Part shown: in pieces, positions 38,994-49,669 of the stretch | Position numbering within the stretch: the first letter of the stretch is position 1 | Layout: every line of letters begins with the position of its first letter | From: Promethearchaeia archaeon | Lineage (GTDB): Archaea; Asgardarchaeota; Lokiarchaeia; Sigyniarchaeales; SOKP01 | NCBI GenBank assembly: GCA_029856155.1 | Contig: JAHQWL010000093.1 | Coordinates: 1-64,000 of the forward strand | Length of the DNA: 64,000 nucleotides | Direction: 5' to 3' | Position numbers and translations under genes: made by a program | The notes under the pieces: generated by a model | Seen by the model: the letters and a program-made list of their open reading frames with translations, nothing else | Database searches by the model: none | Told to the model about the DNA's origin: nothing

Positions 38994-40493
38994 TTATTTA
39001 GCAGTATTGAGTTTATTTCTTATTAGCTGAATCAAATCAATAACTTTAATTCTATCTTGTTTCATTGAGTCTCTATATCTAATTGTAACAGTATTGTCTT
39101 CTAAAGACTCATAGTCAATTGTAACGCAATATATTGTACCTATTTCATCTTGTCTTCTATATCTTTTTCCTATAGAACCCGCCACATCAAAAAAAGAATT
39201 AATTCGATTTTCTAATAAATCTCTGTGAATCTTAAGTGCTAAATTTCTAATATTTTCTTTGTTTTTAACGAGTGGAAAGACAGCAACGGTATTGGGAGCT
39301 AAATCTGGAATGAGTTTTAAATTTATTCTACCTTCTTCTACATTAAAATTAGTTTCAAGGAGAGTGTAGATAATTCTGTCAATTCCAAAAGCAATTTCAA
39401 GAATTTGAGGAATTTCTTTAATTTCTGAATCAGGACTCATACTAACTTCAAAATTCTGGTTTGAAAATTCGCTATGCCTTTTTAAATCATAATTAGTTCT
39501 ATCATGTACTCCACAAATCTCAACCCATCCAAACTGTCTTGATTTTATCTCTAAATCCCAAGCATCATCAGCATAGTGAGCACGTTCATTTAAAGAATGT
39601 TGTCTAAATCTAATTACTTCTTCTGGAAACCCTAGAATTTTTGTTAAATAATAACTTATATACATACAATAAGCATAGGCAGGTTTTTTTAAAATCTTGG
39701 TTTTTATTGCCTTCTCAAGTGAAATTATTTCAGGTTTATCAATAACTTTTTCTTGGAGTGTCCAATCTAATAATGGTAATGTTGATTTTTTGATTTCCTT
39801 ATAATCTTCAAACACCATTTCTTGTTGCTTACCGATGAAAATTTGCAATTCAAATTGATCAAATGCTCTCATTCGAAGAACTCCTTGTCGTGGAGAAATT
39901 TCATTTCGATATGCTTTACCAATTTGGTAAATTTTAATGGGATACTGCCTTCTGGCATCTTGATCTAAACGATTAAATAATAAATAAGTTGTTGTTGCTG
40001 TTTCTGGTCGTAAATATGCAGTAACATTGTTTCCAACAGAAGTTTTCAACATCAAATTGTATTCTTCAATTTTTTGAAAATTACTTCCGCATTTTGGGCA
40101 ACTTAATTCATGTTTTTTAATTAAATTCTCCATTTCTTCAAATGATAAGCCATCTATCATTAATTCAGGAAGATTTTCTTGAATAAATTTATCTGCCCTA
40201 TACAACGTGTTGCATTTATTACATCTCATTACAGGATCAACAAATCTTTCTAAGTGTCCTGAAGCTTCCCAAACGATACTTGGCATGATTGTTGGGCACT
40301 CAACCTCTCCAAAACCAAAATAACGACATTCTCGTCTAAAAAGATCTAAGATATTGTTTTTGAGAGCCATCCCTGCTGGACCATAGGAATAGAACCCGGC
40401 AAGTCCACCATAGATTTCTGGAGAAGGCCCCCAAATGAACCCACGGCGTTTTATGAGTGAATTAAACGTCTCAATGTTATTCTCGATTTTCAT
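38994..40493 (-). CDS. glyS: Glycine--tRNA ligase (archaeal/eukaryotic alpha2 type)
   Basis: RRGF, IYGG, WEASGH, YLRPETA, IGKAYRNEISPRQG, ERAHYA, GSIGKRYRRQDEIG. Confidence 0.96.
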   Translation of the reverse strand: MKIENNIETFNSLIKRRGFIWGPSPEIYGGLAGFYSYGPAGMALKNNILDLFRRECRYFGFGEVECPTIMPSIVWEASGHLERFVDPVMRCNKCNTLYRADKFIQENLPELMIDGLSFEEMENLIKKHELSCPKCGSNFQKIEEYNLMLKTSVGNNVTAYLRPETATTTYLLFNRLDQDARRQYPIKIYQIGKAYRNEISPRQGVLRMRAFDQFELQIFIGKQQEMVFEDYKEIKKSTLPLLDWTLQEKVIDKPEIISLEKAIKTKILKKPAYAYCMYISYYLTKILGFPEEVIRFRQHSLNERAHYADDAWDLEIKSRQFGWVEICGVHDRTNYDLKRHSEFSNQNFEVSMSPDSEIKEIPQILEIAFGIDRIIYTLLETNFNVEEGRINLKLIPDLAPNTVAVFPLVKNKENIRNLALKIHRDLLENRINSFFDVAGSIGKRYRRQDEIGTIYCVTIDYESLEDNTVTIRYRDSMKQDRIKVIDLIQLIRNKLNTAK

Positions 40494-40624
40494 ATAGATT
40501 TTAAAAGTGTATTATACTATTTGTATTTTAAGATATTACAAGTAAATTAAAATAAATTTTTATAATAGGAAGATAATAATATTATTATATTTTTTTCAAA
40601 GTTTAAAAAAAAATTTGATAAATT

Positions 40625-41479
40625 ATGTTATTTCAAGATTTCCAATATCTTGGTTTCTGGGAAGCAATAGAAATGGGGCTCTATTTCATTATAGTCGGGT
40701 ATTTCTTTTTACTATTTTTCTACTTCCTATTTATCCGATATAGAACCTCAAGGAAGTTGTATTGGCTGTTTTTTAGCTTATTTTTTCTATGTTTTGGTAT
40801 TGCACGCGTATTTTTCATTGTCTATTATTTTTTTGGACCAGAACTATTCAATGGATCGAATGATACTGAAGTCGTTGCTTTTCTAATGTTAAATTTTCGC
40901 TATGCTACATTCTTTACTTGGATGGGGGTAGCTTGTGCTGTTGGAGTTTTAGGAATTCTCTTATTTCCTCCTGAAATAAAAGAGGAAAATAAAGGGAAAA
41001 AATCATTAGTTGAATGGTTTAAAAATAGAAAAAATCTAGAATTACTTATTCGGATAGGATTATTTGTTCTTCCCATAATTATAGGAATACTCGCGTTAAC
41101 ATTACCAGATGGCCTATTTATGGATCCTGATTTTTTAAAAGATTATCCATTGATTGATGTTGACTTAGTCTTAATAAGATTTGGTTCATGGGAATATCCT
41201 CTTGGTAGATTTCTGTTTAATTTTATTTTCATGCCCTTGTTCCTTGTTTTGATTCCTTTTATCTTTCTTTATCTAGCATGGAAAACGTTTGGAGTATTGA
41301 GAAAATCATATGCTTTAAATGCTATTGGGTTTCTTCTTTATTTTATTGGAGGGAGAATAATGCAAGGAGTACTAGATGTAGCTACATTACCACATTTAAG
41401 AGCCGTAATGCCCCCATTACTAATATTACTAGCGCTTCTTATTTTAGTAATTGCAAATAATTACGAACAACTTAAATAA
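40625..41479 (+). CDS. Hypothetical 7-TM membrane protein
   Basis: Seven hydrophobic segments and no soluble output domain. Confidence 0.72.
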   Translation: MLFQDFQYLGFWEAIEMGLYFIIVGYFFLLFFYFLFIRYRTSRKLYWLFFSLFFLCFGIARVFFIVYYFFGPELFNGSNDTEVVAFLMLNFRYATFFTWMGVACAVGVLGILLFPPEIKEENKGKKSLVEWFKNRKNLELLIRIGLFVLPIIIGILALTLPDGLFMDPDFLKDYPLIDVDLVLIRFGSWEYPLGRFLFNFIFMPLFLVLIPFIFLYLAWKTFGVLRKSYALNAIGFLLYFIGGRIMQGVLDVATLPHLRAVMPPLLILLALLILVIANNYEQLK

Positions 41480-41681
41480 AAAAGTTTAACTTTTAATTCT
41501 TATAATTATTTTAATCATTTTTTATTCAAGACCAATTCTTAGGATGAGTAGAACCAATTAAAAAACCCACTTTTAATTACCTATTGAAAAAAAGATTAAA
41601 AATTTAAAACTGAATCTCTTTAAATTTAATATATTTGAAATATATAATATAGAAATTAATTAAAAATTCAAGATATTATCC

Positions 41682-43316
41682 ATGTCTGTTCACGGAAATC
41701 AATATTTGTTACCATTTTTTATTAGAAAGGATTCTCTTCCCCTTTCAATTCAAGGAAATGATGAATTAGCTCTCGCATTTTATTTATTATCAAAAGATTT
41801 AAGAAAAAACGAAAAGATTATTTCCTTTTCTAAGCTTCTTTGGCCTATATTAAGCATTCAAGGAGTAATTAGTACTCATATAATGTTAGATGGATTGAAT
41901 TTGTTTAGAGAAATCGGACGGTTTTCTAATCCCCCTCGACAACCTTTAATAGGCCATATACTAAGAAATATTGAAAATCGAACTAAAGTTGAACAATTAA
42001 ACATATTAATAGATATCCTATCATATAAAGATAAAGAAGCTGAAGAAATTGGGGAAGGGGAAGAGTCAGAATTTCACACTCTTAAAATTAATGGGTTAAT
42101 TAATCCAGAATTTCTCCAATCGCTAATTAAAATTATCCCATTGACGGATTATAAACCAATTGTCGATTACACAGTATTAGATACCAGTATCTCTACTGAA
42201 AATGCGTTAAATATTTCAGAAGAATACCGGCAGATTATCAATACAATGAAAGGAAATGCTCTAAGATGGAAAACTCAGATTGAATTAATAGAGAAGGAAG
42301 TAAGTAAATGGCTTATAGAGATAAATGTTCAATTAAAAGATATAAATTCACGCTATTCTAGCCAAATAACTAAAACTTCTTCATCAATTGATACATCTCA
42401 AGTAGATGAACAAACAAAACTAGAACAAGATAAAATTGATCAATGGAACGTTAATGAAAAGAAAAAGATAATTGAAAGCATGTCTACTTTGTTTAAAACG
42501 TCTGAAAGATACCTCGAAGAAATTATAAAGAAAAATAAATTCTTTACTGACGGGGATTCTTTAAAAACTAGAGTTTTTGAAGATATCCTTCCTCATTTTG
42601 AAACTCAGTTTGCTTATTTAAAAGAGGAGGGTAAAAAATTTTTAGAATCTCTTGATGAACTTATTCAAAAGTATAATGAGTTAAAAGAGCGAGCTTCTCA
42701 GATTGATAATGGAGCAAATCAAAAATTAGTAGAGTTTAAGGATTCTTTAGATGTAAGACTAAAAGATAGAAATAAACGATTAACTGAGTTTGAGAGTGAA
42801 AAACAGGTAAAAATCTCTGAGTTAGAAAATTCCAAAAATCAAATAGAAGAATTATTCGCAAAAATTAAAAATATTATACAAATAAAACATAATAATTGCT
42901 TGCAAGAGGCTCAAACATTGACTGAGTGGTCTCTTAATGACAACCAATTAGATTTATTTTCAAGGCCTATACAATGGATTTATATGCCGATACATGCGAT
43001 GTTTATTGAAGATGAGGATAATATGGAAGAGTATATGAATATTCTTTTCCCAGGATATATCACTAATGACTCAAATGCTATATATGAACATGTATCTGAT
43101 GCTTTCGTTAGTTTAAAAACCCTATTAAGTGAGAGAATTGAGAATGATATGGCTACTAGATCAAATTTTGAATTTTCATCCGAACGTAAAAATTTGATAA
43201 AAGATCCGAATCTGAAAAAGAGACTCCAGTTAGGTATCTCAAAATTAAGAGAAAAAATGCTTCTTAATGAAACAATGGAAAGGATAATTCGAGAAAATTC
43301 AAATATTTTAGCATAA
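41682..43316 (+). CDS. Long coiled-coil protein of unknown function
   Basis: About 240 aa of E/K/Q-rich heptad pattern between globular ends. Confidence 0.7.
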   Translation: MSVHGNQYLLPFFIRKDSLPLSIQGNDELALAFYLLSKDLRKNEKIISFSKLLWPILSIQGVISTHIMLDGLNLFREIGRFSNPPRQPLIGHILRNIENRTKVEQLNILIDILSYKDKEAEEIGEGEESEFHTLKINGLINPEFLQSLIKIIPLTDYKPIVDYTVLDTSISTENALNISEEYRQIINTMKGNALRWKTQIELIEKEVSKWLIEINVQLKDINSRYSSQITKTSSSIDTSQVDEQTKLEQDKIDQWNVNEKKKIIESMSTLFKTSERYLEEIIKKNKFFTDGDSLKTRVFEDILPHFETQFAYLKEEGKKFLESLDELIQKYNELKERASQIDNGANQKLVEFKDSLDVRLKDRNKRLTEFESEKQVKISELENSKNQIEELFAKIKNIIQIKHNNCLQEAQTLTEWSLNDNQLDLFSRPIQWIYMPIHAMFIEDEDNMEEYMNILFPGYITNDSNAIYEHVSDAFVSLKTLLSERIENDMATRSNFEFSSERKNLIKDPNLKKRLQLGISKLREKMLLNETMERIIRENSNILA

Positions 43317-43339
43317 TTTTATAATTATTTCCTTTAATC

Positions 43340-44023
43340 ATGTCAGAATCACATTTAGAAAGAAAAAAAAAATTGGATCTTAAAAAGAGAAAAATCCGAG
43401 CTTTTTTTTTATCTATTGAAACAAAAAAGAAGAAAAAGTTGGAGGTTGACAAAGCTGCAGAAGATCTCTATCAGGATGGCATGGTTTATATCCAAATGAA
43501 GCTTCCTGTAGAGAAAATTACTAAAGAATTTGAGGTTAATTTAAAAGATAAAATAGAACATAACATTATTAAAGCTAAAATCAGAGAGGTCACCCAAAGT
43601 GATTTAGAAACTTTAAAGTACATTTATAACCGTGCCTGGCTACTTTCTAATACTCCATACAGACCAATAACTAAAACTGATTTGAAAAAAATCCTTGATT
43701 ATCCTGACACTGTTTTTCTTATTGCAAAAGTGTATGGAATTGATGCGGCATTTGTACTATTAGATTTTGAAGGGGAAAATAAAGAAATTGCTGTAATTGC
43801 CGCATTAGCAGTTATACCTCGCTTCCAGAGAAAAGGGGTTGGCACTATTATTGGAATGTCAGCATGGAATTTTATAAAACAGAATTATAGTAATGTTAAA
43901 GAAATAAGAGCAGAGGTATATAAAGACAACGTTGTTTCATATTCTTTTATTAAAGGGATAGGATTTGAAGAATTTGATAGAAAAGTTTATAAGAAAGAAG
44001 ACTTCGAGATTAAAAGTGATTAG
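43340..44023 (+). CDS. GNAT acetyltransferase
   Basis: LAVIPRFQRKGVG (acetyl-CoA motif A), N..SYSFIKGIGFEE. Confidence 0.88.
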   Translation: MSESHLERKKKLDLKKRKIRAFFLSIETKKKKKLEVDKAAEDLYQDGMVYIQMKLPVEKITKEFEVNLKDKIEHNIIKAKIREVTQSDLETLKYIYNRAWLLSNTPYRPITKTDLKKILDYPDTVFLIAKVYGIDAAFVLLDFEGENKEIAVIAALAVIPRFQRKGVGTIIGMSAWNFIKQNYSNVKEIRAEVYKDNVVSYSFIKGIGFEEFDRKVYKKEDFEIKSD

Positions 44024-44025
44024 CA

Positions 44026-44043
44026 ATCTCTATTAAAAGAGAT
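44026..44043. terminator. Short hairpin between convergent genes
   Basis: ATCTCT-N6-AGAGAT immediately after the GNAT stop. Confidence 0.3.
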
Positions 44044-44072
44044 AAATTACATTTTCTCATATAACTTTTATC

Positions 44073-45494
44073 TTAAAATTTTAATGATTTTATTTTTTCA
44101 TTTAATAATTCAGTACTATATTCATCTTTGATTTTCTGATAGTAAGTTCGAGCCTTTTCGAAATATAAGATAGCATTTTCAATCATTCTCTTATTAAGAT
44201 AAATATCACCCAATTTGTGAAGAATTAAAGCACTTTCTTTGATATATCCCAAATCTTCATAAATATCCAACGCTTTTTCAAAGAGGTTTATTGCTTTTAT
44301 CGTGTCTTCTTCAAACTCTAAATATATATTTCCTATTTTGAACTTAAGCTCAGCATTTTTGATGTTATCACCAAATTTGAAAAAGATTTCACCCGCTAGA
44401 TCATAATATTCAATTGCCCTTTCAATATCTCCCTTAGATATATATACATTTGCTAAGTTTTCTAAAATCTCACCCTCTTTAATATTATCACTTATCTCAA
44501 AAATACGAACAGCTTCTAAGCTTTGTATAAAAAAAATTTCAGCTTTAGTCCTATTATCCCTTAATAAATATATTTTTCCAAGATATAAATAACATTCCCA
44601 TTCTAATTTTGCTTTAATATAAACCGAGATATTTTCTTCTATTTTTTTAATTAACTCTAAGGCTTCAGTGAGGTGTTGAGACGATTCATCATAATCCTGT
44701 CCTATAATATAATACAACTTTCCATATTTTATTTCTGTTTGAATTATACCATAAACATCTTCATTCTCTTTGAAGAATTCTGAATTTTTCTCTAAAATTT
44801 TTTTAATTCGGTCATAATCATGTAGTAAATAAAGAACTTCCACCAAATTACTGGAAGATTTTATTTCGTCAACTATTAAATTTTCTTGTTGAGAAAGTTG
44901 AAATGCCTCTTGATAATAATTATATGAGTGTTCTAAATCTTTAATTATAAAATACACATTTCCAAGATTGTTTAACACCTTTATGATTTTACTTTTATCG
45001 TTTAAATCTTTAAGAATTTCTAGAGATCTATTGAAATCATAAATAGCTTGATCAAAAAATCCATTATCTTCTTGAATTATTCCTATTTCATTGTAGCAAA
45101 TAGCGGTGTTAAGTAAATCGTTTTCCTCTTTAAAATTTTTTAAAGCTAATTCAAGGTTTTTTAATGCCTCAGATAAATCTCTTTTTTTATAATATAAACT
45201 TGATTTCTCTAATAATAATGATCCAGGTATTGGTTCTCCTAGAACTTCTTTACTCTCTAAAGCATCATCAATCTTTTTTATTTTTTGATCGACTTCTTCG
45301 TCTTTTATAACAAGGTTATCAAATGTATCTTTTTCTTCTTCCAAATCTAAATGATAAATCTCTGGTTCATCATAAGGAAATTTCACGTTTCTATCTAAAA
45401 CATCTTCTAGATTTGCAATTAAAGGTTTATTACAATTTCTACAATAAGACCAATGTTCTTCAATTTGGAACCCACAATAAGGGCATGTTTTCAT
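44073..45494 (-). CDS. Zinc-ribbon plus TPR protein
   Basis: CPYCG...YCRNC followed by about nine TPR units (NNLGNVY, A..YY..A). Confidence 0.88.
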   Translation of the reverse strand: MKTCPYCGFQIEEHWSYCRNCNKPLIANLEDVLDRNVKFPYDEPEIYHLDLEEEKDTFDNLVIKDEEVDQKIKKIDDALESKEVLGEPIPGSLLLEKSSLYYKKRDLSEALKNLELALKNFKEENDLLNTAICYNEIGIIQEDNGFFDQAIYDFNRSLEILKDLNDKSKIIKVLNNLGNVYFIIKDLEHSYNYYQEAFQLSQQENLIVDEIKSSSNLVEVLYLLHDYDRIKKILEKNSEFFKENEDVYGIIQTEIKYGKLYYIIGQDYDESSQHLTEALELIKKIEENISVYIKAKLEWECYLYLGKIYLLRDNRTKAEIFFIQSLEAVRIFEISDNIKEGEILENLANVYISKGDIERAIEYYDLAGEIFFKFGDNIKNAELKFKIGNIYLEFEEDTIKAINLFEKALDIYEDLGYIKESALILHKLGDIYLNKRMIENAILYFEKARTYYQKIKDEYSTELLNEKIKSLKF

Positions 45495-45609
45495 GCGTAT
45501 AAAAAATTAAAAATATTTAAAATTAAAAAGAAAATAACTTTATTTATAATTATTTGATATTATTTCTGAAAATAGAGATATGAAATTCTAAGAGCTCTAT
45601 ATAAATAAC

Positions 45610-46320
45610 TCAAATGATATTATAAATAATAGGTATCACTTCAGAGATCTCTCGAATCTCATAATCTGGTTTGATTTTCTTTGATTTTTTAGAGAATGAA
45701 TCATTAAACCAAATGGTATGCATATTACATTCCTTAGCTCCTTTAACATCTGTTTCCAAGATATCTCCAATATGAATGGCATTTCTTGGATCACATTCGA
45801 GCTTTTTTAAAGCTTTATTGAATAATATTGGATGTGGTTTATAATATCCAATCTCATCAGAGAAAATCTTCACTTGAAAATATTGGAGAATATTATATTC
45901 TTGAAGTACCTTAATTATAATTCGTCCTGGTGTTATCCCCGTATTGGAAATGAGACCTATTTTATAATCTGAGGATAATGTTTCTAGTGTTTGTCTGGTT
46001 CCTTTTTTCAAAGAGGGAGGAGCAATCAACATTACTTCTTCAAATTCCTTCTTAATTATTGCCTTATCTTTTTTAGATAAATCGATTTTAAGAATTTTGA
46101 GCACTTCTAATATTCGATCTTTTGTATATATATGATAATTGTTTTCAAAATTACGTTTATGTAAATGAAGGCCAAATTTAAAAGTATTTTCTATATCAAT
46201 TTCAGACTGAGAAATACCTTTTTCATTCAAAAATTGAGAAAACCAGTGTAATCGCATTTCTGTATAAAATCTATTATTAAATATTGTATTCCAGAGATCA
46301 AATGTAATAGCTTGAATCAT
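45610..46320 (-). CDS. HAD-superfamily hydrolase
   Basis: FDLWNT, ISNT, KPHP, HIGDILETDVKGA. Confidence 0.9.
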   Translation of the reverse strand: MIQAITFDLWNTIFNNRFYTEMRLHWFSQFLNEKGISQSEIDIENTFKFGLHLHKRNFENNYHIYTKDRILEVLKILKIDLSKKDKAIIKKEFEEVMLIAPPSLKKGTRQTLETLSSDYKIGLISNTGITPGRIIIKVLQEYNILQYFQVKIFSDEIGYYKPHPILFNKALKKLECDPRNAIHIGDILETDVKGAKECNMHTIWFNDSFSKKSKKIKPDYEIREISEVIPIIYNII

Positions 46321-46804
46321 ATATAAGGATTAAAGTGAATTACTTTATAATATTTTTTTTGGAAACCATAAATAGTGGAATGCATTATTTTTTTTACAAA
46401 TAAATTAATTTGAAATTTTAAAAAGTAATAAGGTCTTCAATCCAATTTTAATGATAAATTATCAAAGTAATAAGAGACGGAAAGGTTTAGGGAAAAAGTA
46501 CAGGAATTAATTGTGTGATTTTATTATTTTGTTCGAATATTATCACTTGAAAACCTCTTTTAGGCGTTTGACTTCTCTAAAAAAGAAAACTAAAGGAGAA
46601 TATAAATTGCATTTTAACTTTACTTTTTACTTTTTTTATATTTTTTAATCAAATCATATAAAAAATTATTCAAAATCCAAATTTAGGAGGATATACCTTA
46701 TCTATCAAGAAACTTTGACACGTATAAAGATTTACAATAAGTAATAAAAAGGATCATTTTTTTCTGTATTAAAAAAACGTAGAATTTAAACAAAGTGAGG
46801 TATA

Positions 46805-46966
46805 TTGGACGCAAAATTATTTAAAAAAACTTTTCCTTACATTTGTGATGAATGTAAGCAATTCGCTCATACATTACACGATTTTTGTGATAAGTGTGGT
46901 GCGGATTCTTTAAGGAAAGCTCTTAATGATGATTATAAAAATCATAATAATTCAAAGAAGAAGTAA
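46805..46966 (+). CDS. Small zinc-ribbon protein (53 aa, not in ORF track)
   Basis: MDAKLFKKTFPYICDECKQFAHTLHDFCDKCGADSLRKALNDDYKNHNNSKKK; GTGAGG before a TTG start; CxxC-x10-CxxC. Confidence 0.72.
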   Translation: MDAKLFKKTFPYICDECKQFAHTLHDFCDKCGADSLRKALNDDYKNHNNSKKK

Positions 46967-47017
46967 CAGGATGGGCTAAATAAGTCAATTTTAATTCTCC
47001 TAAGTGTCATTTCATTT

Positions 47018-47929
47018 TTACTTTTTCTCAAAACTATTTAATTCTTCAAGAATGTTTTTATCCTGCAATCCCAGTGATTTTAAAAGAATTTTAAGTTGAA
47101 TAATGGCATTTTCAGCCCTTAATTCTTTAGCAATATGTAATGCTCGAATAAATTGATCCTTTGCTTCCTTAATTCTTCCCAAATAGAAAAGTGCTTCACC
47201 AACATATCCAAGACCTTTAACGATTAATTCCGCATAATTTGCATCAATTGCTACATTAGTCCCTTTCTTGAAATATCTTACTGCTTCTTCTAAGTTATTT
47301 TCCTTCTTTTGGAGAATTCCCAAATTGAAGTAAGTATTGATGATCCCTTTATCATCTTTAATTTCTTTAAAAACCTTTAATGTTTTCTTATATAATTCAA
47401 AAACCACATCCCATTTTTCATTGGTTTCATGGATGTAAATTAGATTTCCTAAGCAATCTAATAAGTTATAAATATCATTATTATCTGAACAAATCACACT
47501 ACAATCTAAAAAAATATCACATGCTTCATCATTTTGATTTAATTTTAAATAACTATTCCCAATTCCTTTTAAGCATGTGATCTGTTCATGAATTTGTTTT
47601 AATTCCTCATAAATATTATATGCTTTTTCGTAAGAGGCAATAGATCTATGATAATCACCTTCTTTATAATATAAAGTGCCTAACACACCATAAACTGCTG
47701 CTTGACCTAACCTATCTTTTTGTTTTTTAAAATGTTTTAAACAGATTATGTAATTTTTTTCAGAGTCTCTAAAATTCTCCAATTGCAATTGAATTAGAGC
47801 GATATCACTTAATTCTTTAATATAGTTTGAATTTTTACCAATTTCATCTAATTCTTTTAAATTTTCCAACTTTTTAGTTAATAAATGCCGTAATTCCTCT
47901 TTCTTGAGCTCAGTCTCATTCTCTGTCAT
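47018..47929 (-). CDS. TPR protein
   Basis: Tandem TPR units (LGTLYY..G.Y..SIASYEKA, FNLGIL, VGEALFYLG). Confidence 0.88.
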   Translation of the reverse strand: MTENETELKKEELRHLLTKKLENLKELDEIGKNSNYIKELSDIALIQLQLENFRDSEKNYIICLKHFKKQKDRLGQAAVYGVLGTLYYKEGDYHRSIASYEKAYNIYEELKQIHEQITCLKGIGNSYLKLNQNDEACDIFLDCSVICSDNNDIYNLLDCLGNLIYIHETNEKWDVVFELYKKTLKVFKEIKDDKGIINTYFNLGILQKKENNLEEAVRYFKKGTNVAIDANYAELIVKGLGYVGEALFYLGRIKEAKDQFIRALHIAKELRAENAIIQLKILLKSLGLQDKNILEELNSFEKK

Positions 47930-47968
47930 AAAAATAATTTAAAAATTGTATTACCTTTATTTAATTCC

Positions 47969-48403
47969 TTATAATATATCCTCTAAAATCTTAGCCGAAT
48001 CCTTTACATACTCAAGGCATTTCTTTTCAAAAAAATCATTTTGATCATAATATTCCCTTCCTTCAAGAGTACTAATTTCACATCCTAGCAGTTCCTTACA
48101 GTTTATAGAGCCATGAATTTTTTGAAATCGATTTGTAAATTCTCTTACAACCTCGTATGTTTTATCTCTCGCTTCTGTATCTCCACTTTCGCCCATACCA
48201 TATCTTAAGCCAATAACCATAAAAGCCCCAGACACAGCACCACATGTATTTTGCATACGACCCATTCCACCCCCAAATCCTGTAGCTAATTTTAAGGCTG
48301 TCTCTCTATCTATTCCATTTTGAGTGGCATAAGAGCTAAATACTGACTGAGCACAATTAAAATTTCCTCTAAAAGAAGAAATAGCTTTTTCTATATTAGA
48401 CAT
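47969..48403 (-). CDS. C_GCAxxG_C_C family putative redox-active protein
   Basis: NCAQSV, FGGGMG, TCGAVSG, SINCKELLG, KC. Confidence 0.9.
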   Translation of the reverse strand: MSNIEKAISSFRGNFNCAQSVFSSYATQNGIDRETALKLATGFGGGMGRMQNTCGAVSGAFMVIGLRYGMGESGDTEARDKTYEVVREFTNRFQKIHGSINCKELLGCEISTLEGREYYDQNDFFEKKCLEYVKDSAKILEDIL

Positions 48404-48524
48404 TTCGTAAAAATTCTTTTTTTTATAAATATTGCAAATTAAAGGTATAAGAAATATAAAATTTCATATCTATTATATATCTAGTGATACAATAAGCAAA
48501 TAATTACTGGATAGAGGTAGCAAT

Positions 48525-49637
48525 ATGAAATTAAAAGCAAAATTATATGATAAACTAGATGATAAAAAAGTAAAATGTCATGTATGTGCCAACGAATGTA
48601 CAATACTTACTGATAAGGTTGGGATATGTAGAACAAGAAAAAATTTTGATGGAGATTTATACACATTAATTTATGGCTCAATGATATCATCTGGTAGTTT
48701 AGATCCCATTGAGAAGAAGCCACTTTATAATTTCTGGCCTGGTGCTACAGCATATTCAATTGCATCTATTGGATGTTCTTTTAAGTGCCAGAATTGTCAA
48801 AACTGGTCGATCAGCCAAGCAAATCCAACAGATAATGGAAAAAATGGATTTTTTGATCTTAAAGGTTATGAAGGTCGTGGAATGTCATTAGTCGAAATGA
48901 CACCCGAGCAATTAGAAAAAAGAGTTGTTAAGAGTGGAGCAAAGACTCTGGCTTATACTTATAACGAACCATTAATATGGCATGAATGGATAATAGACAC
49001 AGTCCCTCTCTTGAAAAAGCATGGTATTAAAACAATTTTAGTAACAAATGGTTATTCTACAGCTGAAGCAACAAAAGAGTTAATTGATGTAGGAATTGAC
49101 GCTGCAAATATCGATATTAAGGCAATGTCGGATGATTTCTATAAAAAAATTTGCGGAGTCACATCAGTTAAACCTGTTTTGGACACGGCTAATCGTTTTA
49201 AATCCAATGGAGTTCATGTAGAAATTACTAATTTAATAATACCCGATTTAAACGACAATAAGGAAGATATTCAAAAACTATGCAAGTGGATAGTGGATAA
49301 TTTAGGAAAAAATACTCCTATTCACTTTTCTGCATATCATCCTGATTTCAAAATGCCCTCAATGAAACATACTCCTTATGAAACCTTAGACATGGCTTAT
49401 AATATTGCTAAGGAAGTCGGTGTATATTTTCCTTACGTAGGAAATATAAGCCATGGGGAGGGAGGCAACACCTACTGCCCAAATTGTAAATTTTTATTAT
49501 TAGAAAGAAGGGGTTATAGTTTTAAAAAAATTAATGTAGATGATGATAATAAATGTCCTAATTGCTCTTATGAACTGAGTAATGATATTGTTGGTGAAAT
49601 AAACAAAAATCCTTCACATAGATTTTCTTTCTTTTAA
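48525..49637 (+). CDS. amrS: AmmeMemoRadiSam system radical SAM enzyme
   Basis: CHVC..C..GIC, DPIEKKPLY, CSFKCQNCQNWSISQ (CxxxCxxC), AYTYNEP, YVGN, TYCPNC. Confidence 0.9.
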   Translation: MKLKAKLYDKLDDKKVKCHVCANECTILTDKVGICRTRKNFDGDLYTLIYGSMISSGSLDPIEKKPLYNFWPGATAYSIASIGCSFKCQNCQNWSISQANPTDNGKNGFFDLKGYEGRGMSLVEMTPEQLEKRVVKSGAKTLAYTYNEPLIWHEWIIDTVPLLKKHGIKTILVTNGYSTAEATKELIDVGIDAANIDIKAMSDDFYKKICGVTSVKPVLDTANRFKSNGVHVEITNLIIPDLNDNKEDIQKLCKWIVDNLGKNTPIHFSAYHPDFKMPSMKHTPYETLDMAYNIAKEVGVYFPYVGNISHGEGGNTYCPNCKFLLLERRGYSFKKINVDDDNKCPNCSYELSNDIVGEINKNPSHRFSFF

Positions 49638-49669
49638 ATTTAATAAAAGATAAAAAAAATTAAAAGGAA

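Noticed and set aside
40625-41479. 7-TM protein as APH-1 or a rhodopsin
   Set aside because: No retinal-binding Lys in the last helix, no recognisable APH-1 pattern, and 20 kb from the presenilin
46473-46580. RNase P or SRP RNA
   Set aside because: The conserved RNase P and SRP helix-8 motifs are absent, and the region is too AT-rich and short
46685-46741. AGGAGG followed by a 15-codon ATA-started ORF
   Set aside because: Too short to support without expression data
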